Origin: Phycisphaerales bacterium
Lineage (GTDB): Bacteria > Planctomycetota > Phycisphaerae > SM23-33
NCBI GenBank assembly: GCA_003171235.1
Contig: PMYM01000101.1
Coordinates: 1 to 39,004 of the forward strand
DNA length: 39,004 bases
Direction: 5' to 3'
The notes below the pieces were generated by a model. That model worked only from the letters and a program-made list of their open reading frames with translations, did not search any database and was not told the DNA's origin. The first letter of the stretch is position 1. Each line of letters begins with the position of its first letter. Positions 23,801-30,647 of the stretch are shown here, piece after piece. Made by a program: the position numbers and the translations under genes.

Positions 23801-26222
23801 TATCGGCGCCCGGTCAGTGCTACGGCCCTATACCGTGATGGAGGATGGCGCCCGGCTGGAGGATCTGAGCCTGCTGCCCGAAGGCGGAAGGATTCCGCGC
23901 GGTCAGACGTGGATCGGTTCTCCGGCCAGGCCGATTTGGCAAACGAAGAGGCAGACTGAAGCCATTCCTCCAGCCGTTCGCCCGGGCCGGCTGCGGAGAG
24001 CGGCCTTTGCCATGCCGTATGTCCTGGGGGTGCTGCTCGTGCCGGCAGTGTGCCTGATCGCCCTGTTCCCCGGCTTGATCTGGATCAACTACGTCACGAG
24101 GGAGTACGGCGGCTATTGGTTCCTGTTATTGGCGCCGGCGGTAACCCTAGCCTTCGTGCTGCTCATGGCGTTAGAGATCGTGCTGGTCAAATGGTTGCTG
24201 CTGGGACGGGTTCGGCCTGGCACCTATGACGTGCACGGCTGGTTCTATTTTCGCAAGTGGTTTGTCGACCAGTTAATGGACCTGAGTCTGGACTTGCTTG
24301 GTCCGCTGTACGCGACACTGTACTTGGCCCCGTGGTATCGACTGTTGGGCGCCAAGCTGGGGCGCCGCGCCGAGGTCTCCACGGCAAGCGCCACTTCTCC
24401 CGACCTCTTGGCCATTGACGACGGCAGCTTCATAGCCGACGCGGTCTGCCTGGGCGCGTCGCGCGTGGAGGGCGGCCGGGTAACCCTTGCCCCAACTCGC
24501 ATAGGCAAACGGGCTTTCGTCGGAAATAGCGCGTTTGTGCCGGCTGGAGCGGTGATTGGCGACGATGTCCTGATTGGTTGCATGTCCGCCCCGCCACAGT
24601 CGCCAGACGATGCCGCCCGCGCCGGCACTTCCTGGCTGGGCTCGCCCGCGTTTTTCCTGCCCCAGCGACAGGAAAGCACTGCCTTTTCGGCCGAACAGAC
24701 ATTTCGCCCGTCGCGTCGATTGGTGCTGCTGCGGGCGTTCATAGAGTTCTTCCGCATCACTCTTCCTATCACGTGCTTTGTGGCCTTGACCAGCCTGCTT
24801 ATCACGGTCGTAATTGACTTGCGGCAGGTTTCGACGCCGTACCTGGTGCTGGCGTTTCCGGCCTTGTACCTGGGCTTCGGTGTAGCGGCGGCCTTGGTAG
24901 TGGTGGCCTGCAAGTGGCTGCTTATGGGCCGATATCGGCCGGCGGAGAAGCCCCTTTGGAGTTCGTTCGTCTGGCGGACGGAACTAGTCACGGCCATGCA
25001 CGAGCACCTGGCCGACCCGTTCCTGGTGATGCTGCTGCTGGGCACGCCGTGGGTGTGTTGGTTCTTCCGGCTGCTGGGGGCGAAGGTAGGCCGGCGCGTG
25101 GTCATGGAGACCACGTACCTGACTGAATTCGATCTGATAACAATTGGCGACCGGGCTGTATTGGGCAGCGAGTGCACGATTCAGACCCACTTGTTCGAGG
25201 ACCGGGTCATGAAGATGTCCACTATCGATATTGGCAATGATTGCACGGTTGGCGCCGGTTCGATTGTGCTGTATGACACGCGTATGGAGAGCCGCTCGGC
25301 TTTGGGAGACCTCTCGCTCCTAATGAAGGGCGAGGATTTGCCGGCGGACACGCAATGGGAGGGTACGCCGGCCCGTCTGCTGCCTGCAAGAGAAGTGGCA
25401 GGTGGCCGGCAGCCGATGCCAGATCCGGGTGATCATCGAGAACCCGCAAAGGCCGGCCCTGCTGCACCCGAGGTGAGTTTCCTGTTCTCACTTGACCAGT
25501 ACGACGCGCACCCAACAGGCCCCTGGGTATGGGTGCTCGACTGCAATCACGCGGGCGGCAATGTCGGCCTGCCGTTAGCTGATACATCCGGCGCATTGCT
25601 TCAGGGCGAAAAAGAGCCGCCATCGGAAGAAACTCATCTGTCTGGCAGGGATCGTGCGCTTGGGGTCGATCGACTGCCGGCCCGAGACCTATTGCGCCGC
25701 CTGATCGGCATGCACCTTGGGCTCCGGCCCGAAGAGGTTGCGCTGGACGTGAATCCGCAGGGAGGGCTGCTGCTGGCTGCCGAGCGCATGCCCGCTTGTT
25801 CCATGGCGGAGATGCTGCAGATAAACATTGCACATTCCCAAGACGTGCTGGTTGCCGGTGTGAGTCTTACCGGCCGGATCGGTGTGGACGTTGAGGTGAT
25901 GCGACCGGAAATCGACCTGACCACCCTGCCCGGCGAGTGCTTCACCGTGTGGGAACGCCAGCATCTGGAGACGCTGTCGGCCGACAAGCGAGTCATTGGC
26001 TTCTACACTCTCTGGACGGCAAAGGAGGCATTCGTTAAGGCGATTGGGCATGGCCTGTTCTTTGGCCTGAATCAGGTCGAGTTGACACTGGAGCCGGATG
26101 GCTCTGCCCGCCTGGCCCGCGTCAACGGCCGCAGCGATTTGGCCCGGGCCTGGCGAATTGTTCACCGGGTCGTGAACGTTGGCGGCCTGCCCGCGGTTGT
26201 TGCCGTGGCCTTGGGAGAGTGA
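20844..26222 (+). CDS. Membrane-embedded single-module NRPS of the Pls/PosA (poly-amino-acid synthetase) type with fused C-terminal PPTase
   Basis: 1800-aa ORF (20820..26222). The first ATGs are at 20844, 20847 and 20874, so the start is uncertain. See the domain sub-features: C-lobe remnant, A, PCP, 3x[TM pair + hexapeptide repeats], Sfp-type PPTase. Confidence 0.85.
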   Translation: MMDRKLGEKSMSSSGQEWAREGTRPVLASHLAAFAALVHRYRGEDDLRLWVTHQADPSPDGLSRPAQPSLQRISLGDDPTVEDLLSRAGCVLAAIGGPAIHLELMGRIHVTWEDGDGQVEPSGATRGFTLLLELSPAGQLSAKLFHHDRLCPGTTPLLMDGHFRTLLESLAGDRTAQVSRLPMITPDERHTILERWSGPAHDPELCRDELLHELFEAQVDARPGQIALECAGEQMTYAQLDVRSNQLACRLRSGGMRAGDFVGIHLPRSADVVIAILGVLKAGGAYVPLDSDYPADRVQYILNDCKVQSLITVSSLAARLEPGTWSVVLMDKQPDKSPSQPSQRVACRAVGVIPDNACYVIYTSGSTGRPKGVLITHRNACNLVRGEGRIFGVVPDDRVFQGFSVAFDASVEEIWLALFAGATLVVGTADMVHAGPALAGLLARAKVTVFSTVPTLLSTFEEDIPSLRLLILGGEACTQDLVRRWCRPGLRVVNTYGPTEATVIATYADCEPDKPVTIGRAAPNYRTYILDRHLQPVPVGVCGELHIGGVGVAAGYLGRPELTADRFVPNPFMNGQGGRLYKTGDLVRYCLDGQIEFVGRLDTQIKLRGFRIELSEIESVLLRCPAVQAAVTVVREDSPGLQQLVGYVVPRQGQDVDEDAIKVILRAQLPVFMVPGRLEIVDKLPTLPSGKVDRKRLPAPRPRQVQPAENGGAFVGDLEPQLGATWRELFAPTAVGPLDDFFKDLGGHSLLAARMVSRMRQRPEFCDLSVLDVYNFPTVRTLAAELRSRHEAVSRIPGAGASPLPVRPTSRAGYGLCVLAQTVSLWVIAGLFSMQWLTPYLAYCWLIERGMGVIDAIAVSLAVLLAFYPLLMAASIAVKWAVIGRYKAGDYPLWGWYYLRWWFVNQVLSVVPIDYLAGTPLLSLYYRLMGARIGHNVYFGADNISAFDLVSVGDDSSLGIETMLMGYSLEGGRLRLGPVTVGRGCFIGARSVLRPYTVMEDGARLEDLSLLPEGGRIPRGQTWIGSPARPIWQTKRQTEAIPPAVRPGRLRRAAFAMPYVLGVLLVPAVCLIALFPGLIWINYVTREYGGYWFLLLAPAVTLAFVLLMALEIVLVKWLLLGRVRPGTYDVHGWFYFRKWFVDQLMDLSLDLLGPLYATLYLAPWYRLLGAKLGRRAEVSTASATSPDLLAIDDGSFIADAVCLGASRVEGGRVTLAPTRIGKRAFVGNSAFVPAGAVIGDDVLIGCMSAPPQSPDDAARAGTSWLGSPAFFLPQRQESTAFSAEQTFRPSRRLVLLRAFIEFFRITLPITCFVALTSLLITVVIDLRQVSTPYLVLAFPALYLGFGVAAALVVVACKWLLMGRYRPAEKPLWSSFVWRTELVTAMHEHLADPFLVMLLLGTPWVCWFFRLLGAKVGRRVVMETTYLTEFDLITIGDRAVLGSECTIQTHLFEDRVMKMSTIDIGNDCTVGAGSIVLYDTRMESRSALGDLSLLMKGEDLPADTQWEGTPARLLPAREVAGGRQPMPDPGDHREPAKAGPAAPEVSFLFSLDQYDAHPTGPWVWVLDCNHAGGNVGLPLADTSGALLQGEKEPPSEETHLSGRDRALGVDRLPARDLLRRLIGMHLGLRPEEVALDVNPQGGLLLAAERMPACSMAEMLQINIAHSQDVLVAGVSLTGRIGVDVEVMRPEIDLTTLPGECFTVWERQHLETLSADKRVIGFYTLWTAKEAFVKAIGHGLFFGLNQVELTLEPDGSARLARVNGRSDLARAWRIVHRVVNVGGLPAVVAVALGE
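20907..21434 (+). other. Domain: C-terminal lobe of a condensation domain (remnant; no HHxxxDG region)
   Basis: aa ~30-205: SHLAAFAALVHRYRGEDDL..., DPTVEDLLSRAGCVLAAI..., FTLLLELSPAGQLSAKLFHHDRLCPGTTPLLMDGHFRTLLESLAGDRTAQVSRLPMITPDERHTILERWSG. This is the typical end of a C domain plus the C-A linker. The N-terminal lobe is absent. Confidence 0.5.
21462..22934 (+). other. Domain: adenylation (A) domain
   Basis: Core motifs are present in order: MTYAQLD, LKAGGAYVPLD, YVIYTSGSTGRPKG, FDASV, NTYGPTE, GELHIGGVGVAAGY, YKTGD, GRLDTQIKLRGFRIEL, LPSGKVDRK. Confidence 0.9.
22992..23204 (+). other. Domain: peptidyl carrier protein (thiolation) domain
   Basis: FFKDLGGHSLLAARM contains the phosphopantetheine-attachment Ser (aa 757, codon tcc at 23088..23090). 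Confidence 0.85.
23277..25385 (+). other. Domain block: three tandem [TM pair + left-handed beta-helix (hexapeptide)] repeats, Pls/PosA 'terminal domain' type
   Basis: Each repeat carries two hydrophobic helices, then VKWAVIGRYKAGDYPLWGWYYLRWW / VKWLLLGRVRPGTYDVHGWFYFRKW / CKWLLMGRYRPAEKPLWSSFVWRTE. Hexapeptide-like runs follow (e.g. VSVGDDSSLGIETML, VTVGRGCFIGARSVL). Each repeat closes with QTWIGSPARP / TSWLGSPAFF / TQWEGTPARL. Confidence 0.8.
25482..26219 (+). other. Domain: Sfp-type 4'-phosphopantetheinyl transferase fused in frame
   Basis: INIAHSQD (cf. FNISHS), RIGVDVEVM (cf. (V/I)G(V/I)D(I/L)E) and FYTLWTAKEAFVKAIGHG (cf. W(S/T)xKE(A/S)xxKxxG). Preceded by a Pro-rich linker, with no stop codon between it and the third repeat. 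Confidence 0.75.
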
Positions 26223-26225
26223 TTG

Positions 26226-27077
26226 ATGAGTGTGGTGTCTGGATGCGAAAAGAGCCCTTGGCGCCGCGCGGCTTGGTGCTTGTTGCTGGCGATTGCCATG
26301 GTCGGTACTGGTTGCCGCAAGACCAAGCCCGACGCCAAGGTTGAAGTACAGCAAAACCACCGGGAGATGGTCGTTCATCTGGGCCACAATGTCACTATGA
26401 GGCTGATGCTTCTTCCTGCCGGGCAGTTCAAGATGGGTTCGCCTGACGCCGAAGAAGGCCGCGGGGAGGACGAAGGGCCGGTGCGGCTCGTTACCCTCAG
26501 CAAACCTTTCTACATCGCCGTCACCGAGGTCACACAGGACCAGTACGAGGCGGTAATGAGCGACAATCCCAGCACCTTCGAGGGCGGCGCCAACCCGGTT
26601 GAGGAGGTTTCCTGGGAAAAGGCGGTCGCGTTCTGCGAGAAGCTGTCCTCCATATCGGGCAAGACCTTCCGTCTGCCCACTGAGGCCGAATGGGAGTACG
26701 CCTGCCGGGCGGGCACGCGGACGGCCTATTGCCGTGGCGACAGGCAAGAGGATCTCATGAAGGTCGGTTGGTTTTGCTTTGATGCGACGGTGGTCAAAAC
26801 AACGCGGCCGGCAGCCAGTCTGCAAGCCAATCCCTGGGGTCTATACGACATGCATGGCAATATCTGGGAGTGGTGTTCCGACTGGTATGCCGAGGACTAC
26901 TACGCCGCCCGTAACAATCAATTAGATCCAATAGGCCCAACTACAGGAACGGAACGGATCCTGCGCGGGGGCTCCTGGTCCGACGACCCCGAAGACTGCC
27001 GCTCTGCCTATCGCGAGAGCCAGCCGCCGGACTATGCGGACGACGATATCGGGTTCCGAATTGTCTGTCAGGATTAA
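26226..27077 (+). CDS. FGE/SUMF1-family (formylglycine-generating-enzyme-like) lipoprotein
   Basis: ATG 3 nt after the NRPS TGA (gagTGAttgATG). Signal with lipobox LLAIAMVGTGC. RLPTEAEWEYACRAG, GLYDMHGNIWEWCSDWY and RGGSW are classic FGE-sulfatase-domain motifs. Confidence 0.8.
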   Translation: MSVVSGCEKSPWRRAAWCLLLAIAMVGTGCRKTKPDAKVEVQQNHREMVVHLGHNVTMRLMLLPAGQFKMGSPDAEEGRGEDEGPVRLVTLSKPFYIAVTEVTQDQYEAVMSDNPSTFEGGANPVEEVSWEKAVAFCEKLSSISGKTFRLPTEAEWEYACRAGTRTAYCRGDRQEDLMKVGWFCFDATVVKTTRPAASLQANPWGLYDMHGNIWEWCSDWYAEDYYAARNNQLDPIGPTTGTERILRGGSWSDDPEDCRSAYRESQPPDYADDDIGFRIVCQD

Positions 27078-27213
27078 AGAGCTGGCTTGGCCTGTCCATC
27101 CCGAATATTCCGTCCTCCTTGATTCTACAGGACTTACGATTCTTGCTTGCGATAGGGTTCGATCATAGGATTCTAGCCTTGCGAACAAGGACGAAGGGCC
27201 GGCGATAGGCGTC

Positions 27214-27340
27214 TTGCGGATGATCTTGAGCTTCTTGAGGGCGTTCTCTACCAGCCGGCCCAACTTGGCCGCCGGGAACATGCCACTGAGGCATCAACTG
27301 GCCATCCTGCAGCGGTCGGTCAAGCGTCCCAAGGTGGGCA
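27214..27340 (+). mobile_element. Short N-terminal remnant of an rve-type (IS3/IS481-like) transposase gene
   Basis: ILSFLRAFSTSRPNLAAGNMPLRHQLAILQRSVKRPKV resembles the common transposase N-terminus L..LLR..F.SR..L..ENL.LRHQL.VL.R..KRP.L. Similarity is lost immediately after. No DDE domain and no terminal repeats were recognised. Confidence 0.45.
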
Positions 27341-27368
27341 ACCACGCTTCTCGACCCATCGAGCTGTC

Positions 27369-30155
27369 TCACTTGGTTGGAGCAGAGGCTGATGACGAGC
27401 CTGTTACGCGCAGTCCCTCCAGCATCTGGCGGGCCTTGCCTGCGGGCCCAATGAAATAGATGGGAGAACCCGACAGCCGCATGTCGGAGGCGGCCGGGAT
27501 CTGCCGGCCCATGATGTCCGTCACGCTGGAGGTCGGTTTGACGGCCTCTGGGGCCAAGCCGATGGAAACGGGCTTCTCCTCCGGTTGCCCCGACCACGCC
27601 ACCACCACCGCCTGTTTGCCCGTCTCGAAGGCGGCGGCGTAACCTGATTCGCCCAGTCTGCGGAACCCGGCGGAGGATGGCTTGGGTCCCACCAAGTTAG
27701 TGAAAACCGCCAGGGCGGGAACGAGTTTCCGCGGCGCACCGCCGTAGTCGAACAAGGCACACTCGAAGTTGGGGTCGTTGACCCGCCCGCTCGCGCCGGA
27801 ATGGAGGAAGATCTTCTCCACGCCATGCGAGAGCATGACGGCAAAATAGCGCACGGTGTAGTCGGCACACTGCCGTTCGCTCTCCAGCAACCGCTCCTCC
27901 GAGAAATTTGCCTGTGGAAAAAACGGCCGGCGGGGGAGGTCATCGGCGGCATAGTACGAGAACTCCGTGATCCAGACGGGCTTGCGGCCGCCGTGCTTAT
28001 CCATAATCTCGAGTAGCCGGTCCATCCCGTCGATGTAGTTTTCTGGCGGCCGCTGGCCGGGGTACATGTGCAGGTTGAAGATGTCCACCTGCGCCAGGCA
28101 CCCGGCCTCGATGACTTCCCTGGTCAATTCCTCCGGGTTGCCGGCGATGCCGCCCATGACCTTGCAGGTCGGATCGGCCTTGCGCATCGCCGTTGCCGCC
28201 ACCTTCAGTAGGGCAACATAGTCGGCCGGCGTGTAGCCCTTGCCGCCGTACTGGCGGGAGTAGCGGTCCGGGAGGGCGTAGCTGGTGTACACCGGCTCAT
28301 TGAGGAACTCCCAGAGGTGGATGCGGGCCTTGTACCGGGCAACGGCTTGTTCGATGAAGCGGCCCATCTCGTCGGGGTCTTTGGGCGGGAACGCCTGCCG
28401 CAACCGAACGCCGGGATAGCCTTCTGTGGGCAGACTGGCGGGGGCGTCAGCGGTCCAGTCGGCCGAGGGGAAGGGGGGCAACAGCGGCAAGATCTGCACA
28501 CCCTCCTCAAGCACGCGACCGAGCTGCTCGTCGCCGATCTCCCAGTGAAATTCGCCTTTGGCTGGCTCGATGTGTTGCCATTTAAGCGTCCAGTCGCGAT
28601 ACCACGTAATACCGGCCTGCCGAGCGAGACGGATCAGATATGGAGAATTGAAGGCGTGGTTGATTCCGCAGACCGAGTCCTTTTCCGATTGCCCGGGGAC
28701 GATGGCTAGCCGGAGCAGCGGAAGGTCCACGGCCTTGCCGCCGATCTCGACCGAAGGACGAATGCGGTAGAAGCCGCGCCAGTTGCCGGGCAGTTCAATA
28801 TTCTGCTTCTTGCCGGAGATGGATTCCAGGGTCATCGTGCAGGGGCGTAGTTGCGCGGCCCTGTCCTCGAAGTCGGTCACGCCGAATTTGAGCGCCACCT
28901 GCACTGGCGCCGCGCCGCCATTAAAAGCCCGCACGACCAACGAATTCGGGGCGCTACCGGTGACCTCGAGAATTGGCCCCTCGGTGGGCGCCACGCCCAC
29001 CTCGACGGGATTGGCCGGCGCAAAGTCCGTGGCTTTATCGCCCTTCTCCAACTGGATCGCGTCTATATCGACGTCCACTGATTCATCCTTGGGCAGATCC
29101 GGGCCGGCAAAGACGAACAAGAACTGGCTCTTGGGCCGGAAGGTCAGGGAGTATCGCGTCCAAGCGGTTGCCAGCGCGACGGGCCGCGTGGAGTCGTTCC
29201 AGCCGCGCGCGGCGGGATCCTTGACCCGCGCCCCCATGACCGCCGGCGTGCCCTCCACGCTAGCCCGCATGTCGCAGGAGAGGGTGTACACCGCGCCAGG
29301 CTCGACCTTGATCCAACCTCTGCTTGCAGCCAGCGGGCGCAGTTCCCGGCGGGTCACCGGCTCATAATAGTCAAAATGCAGCAGCGGCGCCTTGTCGCCG
29401 CCCATCGGAATTCGCAGGAAGCACCGGCCGTGCGTGCCGCCGGCCTCCTGGATCTGCCCGTGCAAGTGGTCGAGATTTCCCCATCCGATGTCCTTGCCTA
29501 GCGACGACCAGCCGGAAGGGCCGATCTCGAACGAGCCGTTGTAGAGCAGGTTCTTGCCGCTGGCAGGCGGAGCCAGGTCGGTGAACTCGATCTTCGCCGG
29601 GTCGATCTCGATGATCTGGACCTCGGCGATGTACAGCGTGCCTGGCTCCAGGAACCAGATCTGTAGCCGGCTGGTGGGGCCGATGTCGCGCGTGGCTTGG
29701 AAGAACCGCTGGTACGTCTTCCAGGCCGCCCCGACGGCGACCTGCTCCTGCAGGCCAGCGTTCGACCAGTCCTTTGTATCGCTGAGGGCGATGCTGACGA
29801 GGCGGCTCTGGATTCCCTCTTGCCGCAAGCGGCAGGAAAACCTGTACGTGCGGTCCTTGACCAGCCTGACCTGGCCGCCTTGCGCGAGCATGGCGTGACT
29901 CCCGGCGCTGCGTTTTTCGCACCGGGTGCAAGCCAGCTTGGCGCATAACCGGCCGTCGGTGTCAGGGACGACACTGAGCGTCTGGTCCACGTCTTTGGGA
30001 TTGCCCGCGGTCTGCCAGCCATCCGGTTTGCCATCGGCGGCCTTGGCGAAATCGCCGTTGGCAATAAGGTTGACCGGTTCAGCGGCAAGGCCCGGCAAGG
30101 GGATTACCGCCAGTAGACCTAGGAACATCATTGGAAGACTTGATACGCGCTTCAT
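27369..30155 (-). CDS. Secreted clan GH-A glycoside hydrolase with N-terminal CBM-like modules
   Basis: ATG at 30155 with AGGAG 7 nt upstream. Signal peptide MKRVSSLPMMFLGLLAVIPLPGLAA. Two CBM4/9-like starts (NLIANGDFAKAADGKPDGWQ, NLLYNGSFEIGPSGWSS). TIM-barrel part with WEFLNEP (acid/base) and VWITEF (nucleophile) about 115 aa apart. Confidence 0.75.
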   Translation of the reverse strand: MKRVSSLPMMFLGLLAVIPLPGLAAEPVNLIANGDFAKAADGKPDGWQTAGNPKDVDQTLSVVPDTDGRLCAKLACTRCEKRSAGSHAMLAQGGQVRLVKDRTYRFSCRLRQEGIQSRLVSIALSDTKDWSNAGLQEQVAVGAAWKTYQRFFQATRDIGPTSRLQIWFLEPGTLYIAEVQIIEIDPAKIEFTDLAPPASGKNLLYNGSFEIGPSGWSSLGKDIGWGNLDHLHGQIQEAGGTHGRCFLRIPMGGDKAPLLHFDYYEPVTRRELRPLAASRGWIKVEPGAVYTLSCDMRASVEGTPAVMGARVKDPAARGWNDSTRPVALATAWTRYSLTFRPKSQFLFVFAGPDLPKDESVDVDIDAIQLEKGDKATDFAPANPVEVGVAPTEGPILEVTGSAPNSLVVRAFNGGAAPVQVALKFGVTDFEDRAAQLRPCTMTLESISGKKQNIELPGNWRGFYRIRPSVEIGGKAVDLPLLRLAIVPGQSEKDSVCGINHAFNSPYLIRLARQAGITWYRDWTLKWQHIEPAKGEFHWEIGDEQLGRVLEEGVQILPLLPPFPSADWTADAPASLPTEGYPGVRLRQAFPPKDPDEMGRFIEQAVARYKARIHLWEFLNEPVYTSYALPDRYSRQYGGKGYTPADYVALLKVAATAMRKADPTCKVMGGIAGNPEELTREVIEAGCLAQVDIFNLHMYPGQRPPENYIDGMDRLLEIMDKHGGRKPVWITEFSYYAADDLPRRPFFPQANFSEERLLESERQCADYTVRYFAVMLSHGVEKIFLHSGASGRVNDPNFECALFDYGGAPRKLVPALAVFTNLVGPKPSSAGFRRLGESGYAAAFETGKQAVVVAWSGQPEEKPVSIGLAPEAVKPTSSVTDIMGRQIPAASDMRLSGSPIYFIGPAGKARQMLEGLRVTGSSSASAPTK

Positions 30156-30647
30156 GACTAGCTCCTGTGTGGACCAGGTGCATTATTCCCTGTCTGAGTT
30201 CGGGCGGCAAGGTTCCCGCGACCTTCTATGAGAACCGAAGGCCCGCCAAGCCGGGATTTTCGGAATGGCTTCCATCCCGGTATTAGCGGCGGCAGGTCCA
30301 CACCCTCGTCCGGGAGCCCCTGCCAAGCGGCCAGCAGGTCGTGCGTGAAGCACTTCTTGGATTGACCGTGCTTGCGAGTGTCGGCCAGCGGAGGCAGCTT
30401 CACAGCGTCGTGGCCGCGCTGCCGACGTTCTGATTCGCATCCACCTCTCGAAGTAGCCCGGGTTTCCCTTGTCAGGAAAGTCCTTGTTGAGGCCCGAAAA
30501 CAGGTTACGATCATGCACAGGCTGCCCAAGGCGGTCGTGGGCAGCCAGTCAAATGGGAAATCCCGGAGCATACCCAGACACGCTGGCAACGGCGGGTGTC
30601 GGGGCTTACCGCGGTGAGTTGGGCAATAGGCCCAGGAGTGTAGGGCG

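Noticed and set aside
30158-30589. ORFs 30158-30589(-), 30183-30518(-), 30372-30617(+) and 30469-30651(+) as genes, or as a RiPP precursor for the radical SAM enzyme.
   Set aside because: There is no RBS, the composition is poor, the ORFs overlap one another, and I recognise no motif. None has a leader/core-like organisation or a Cys/Ser/Thr-rich core.
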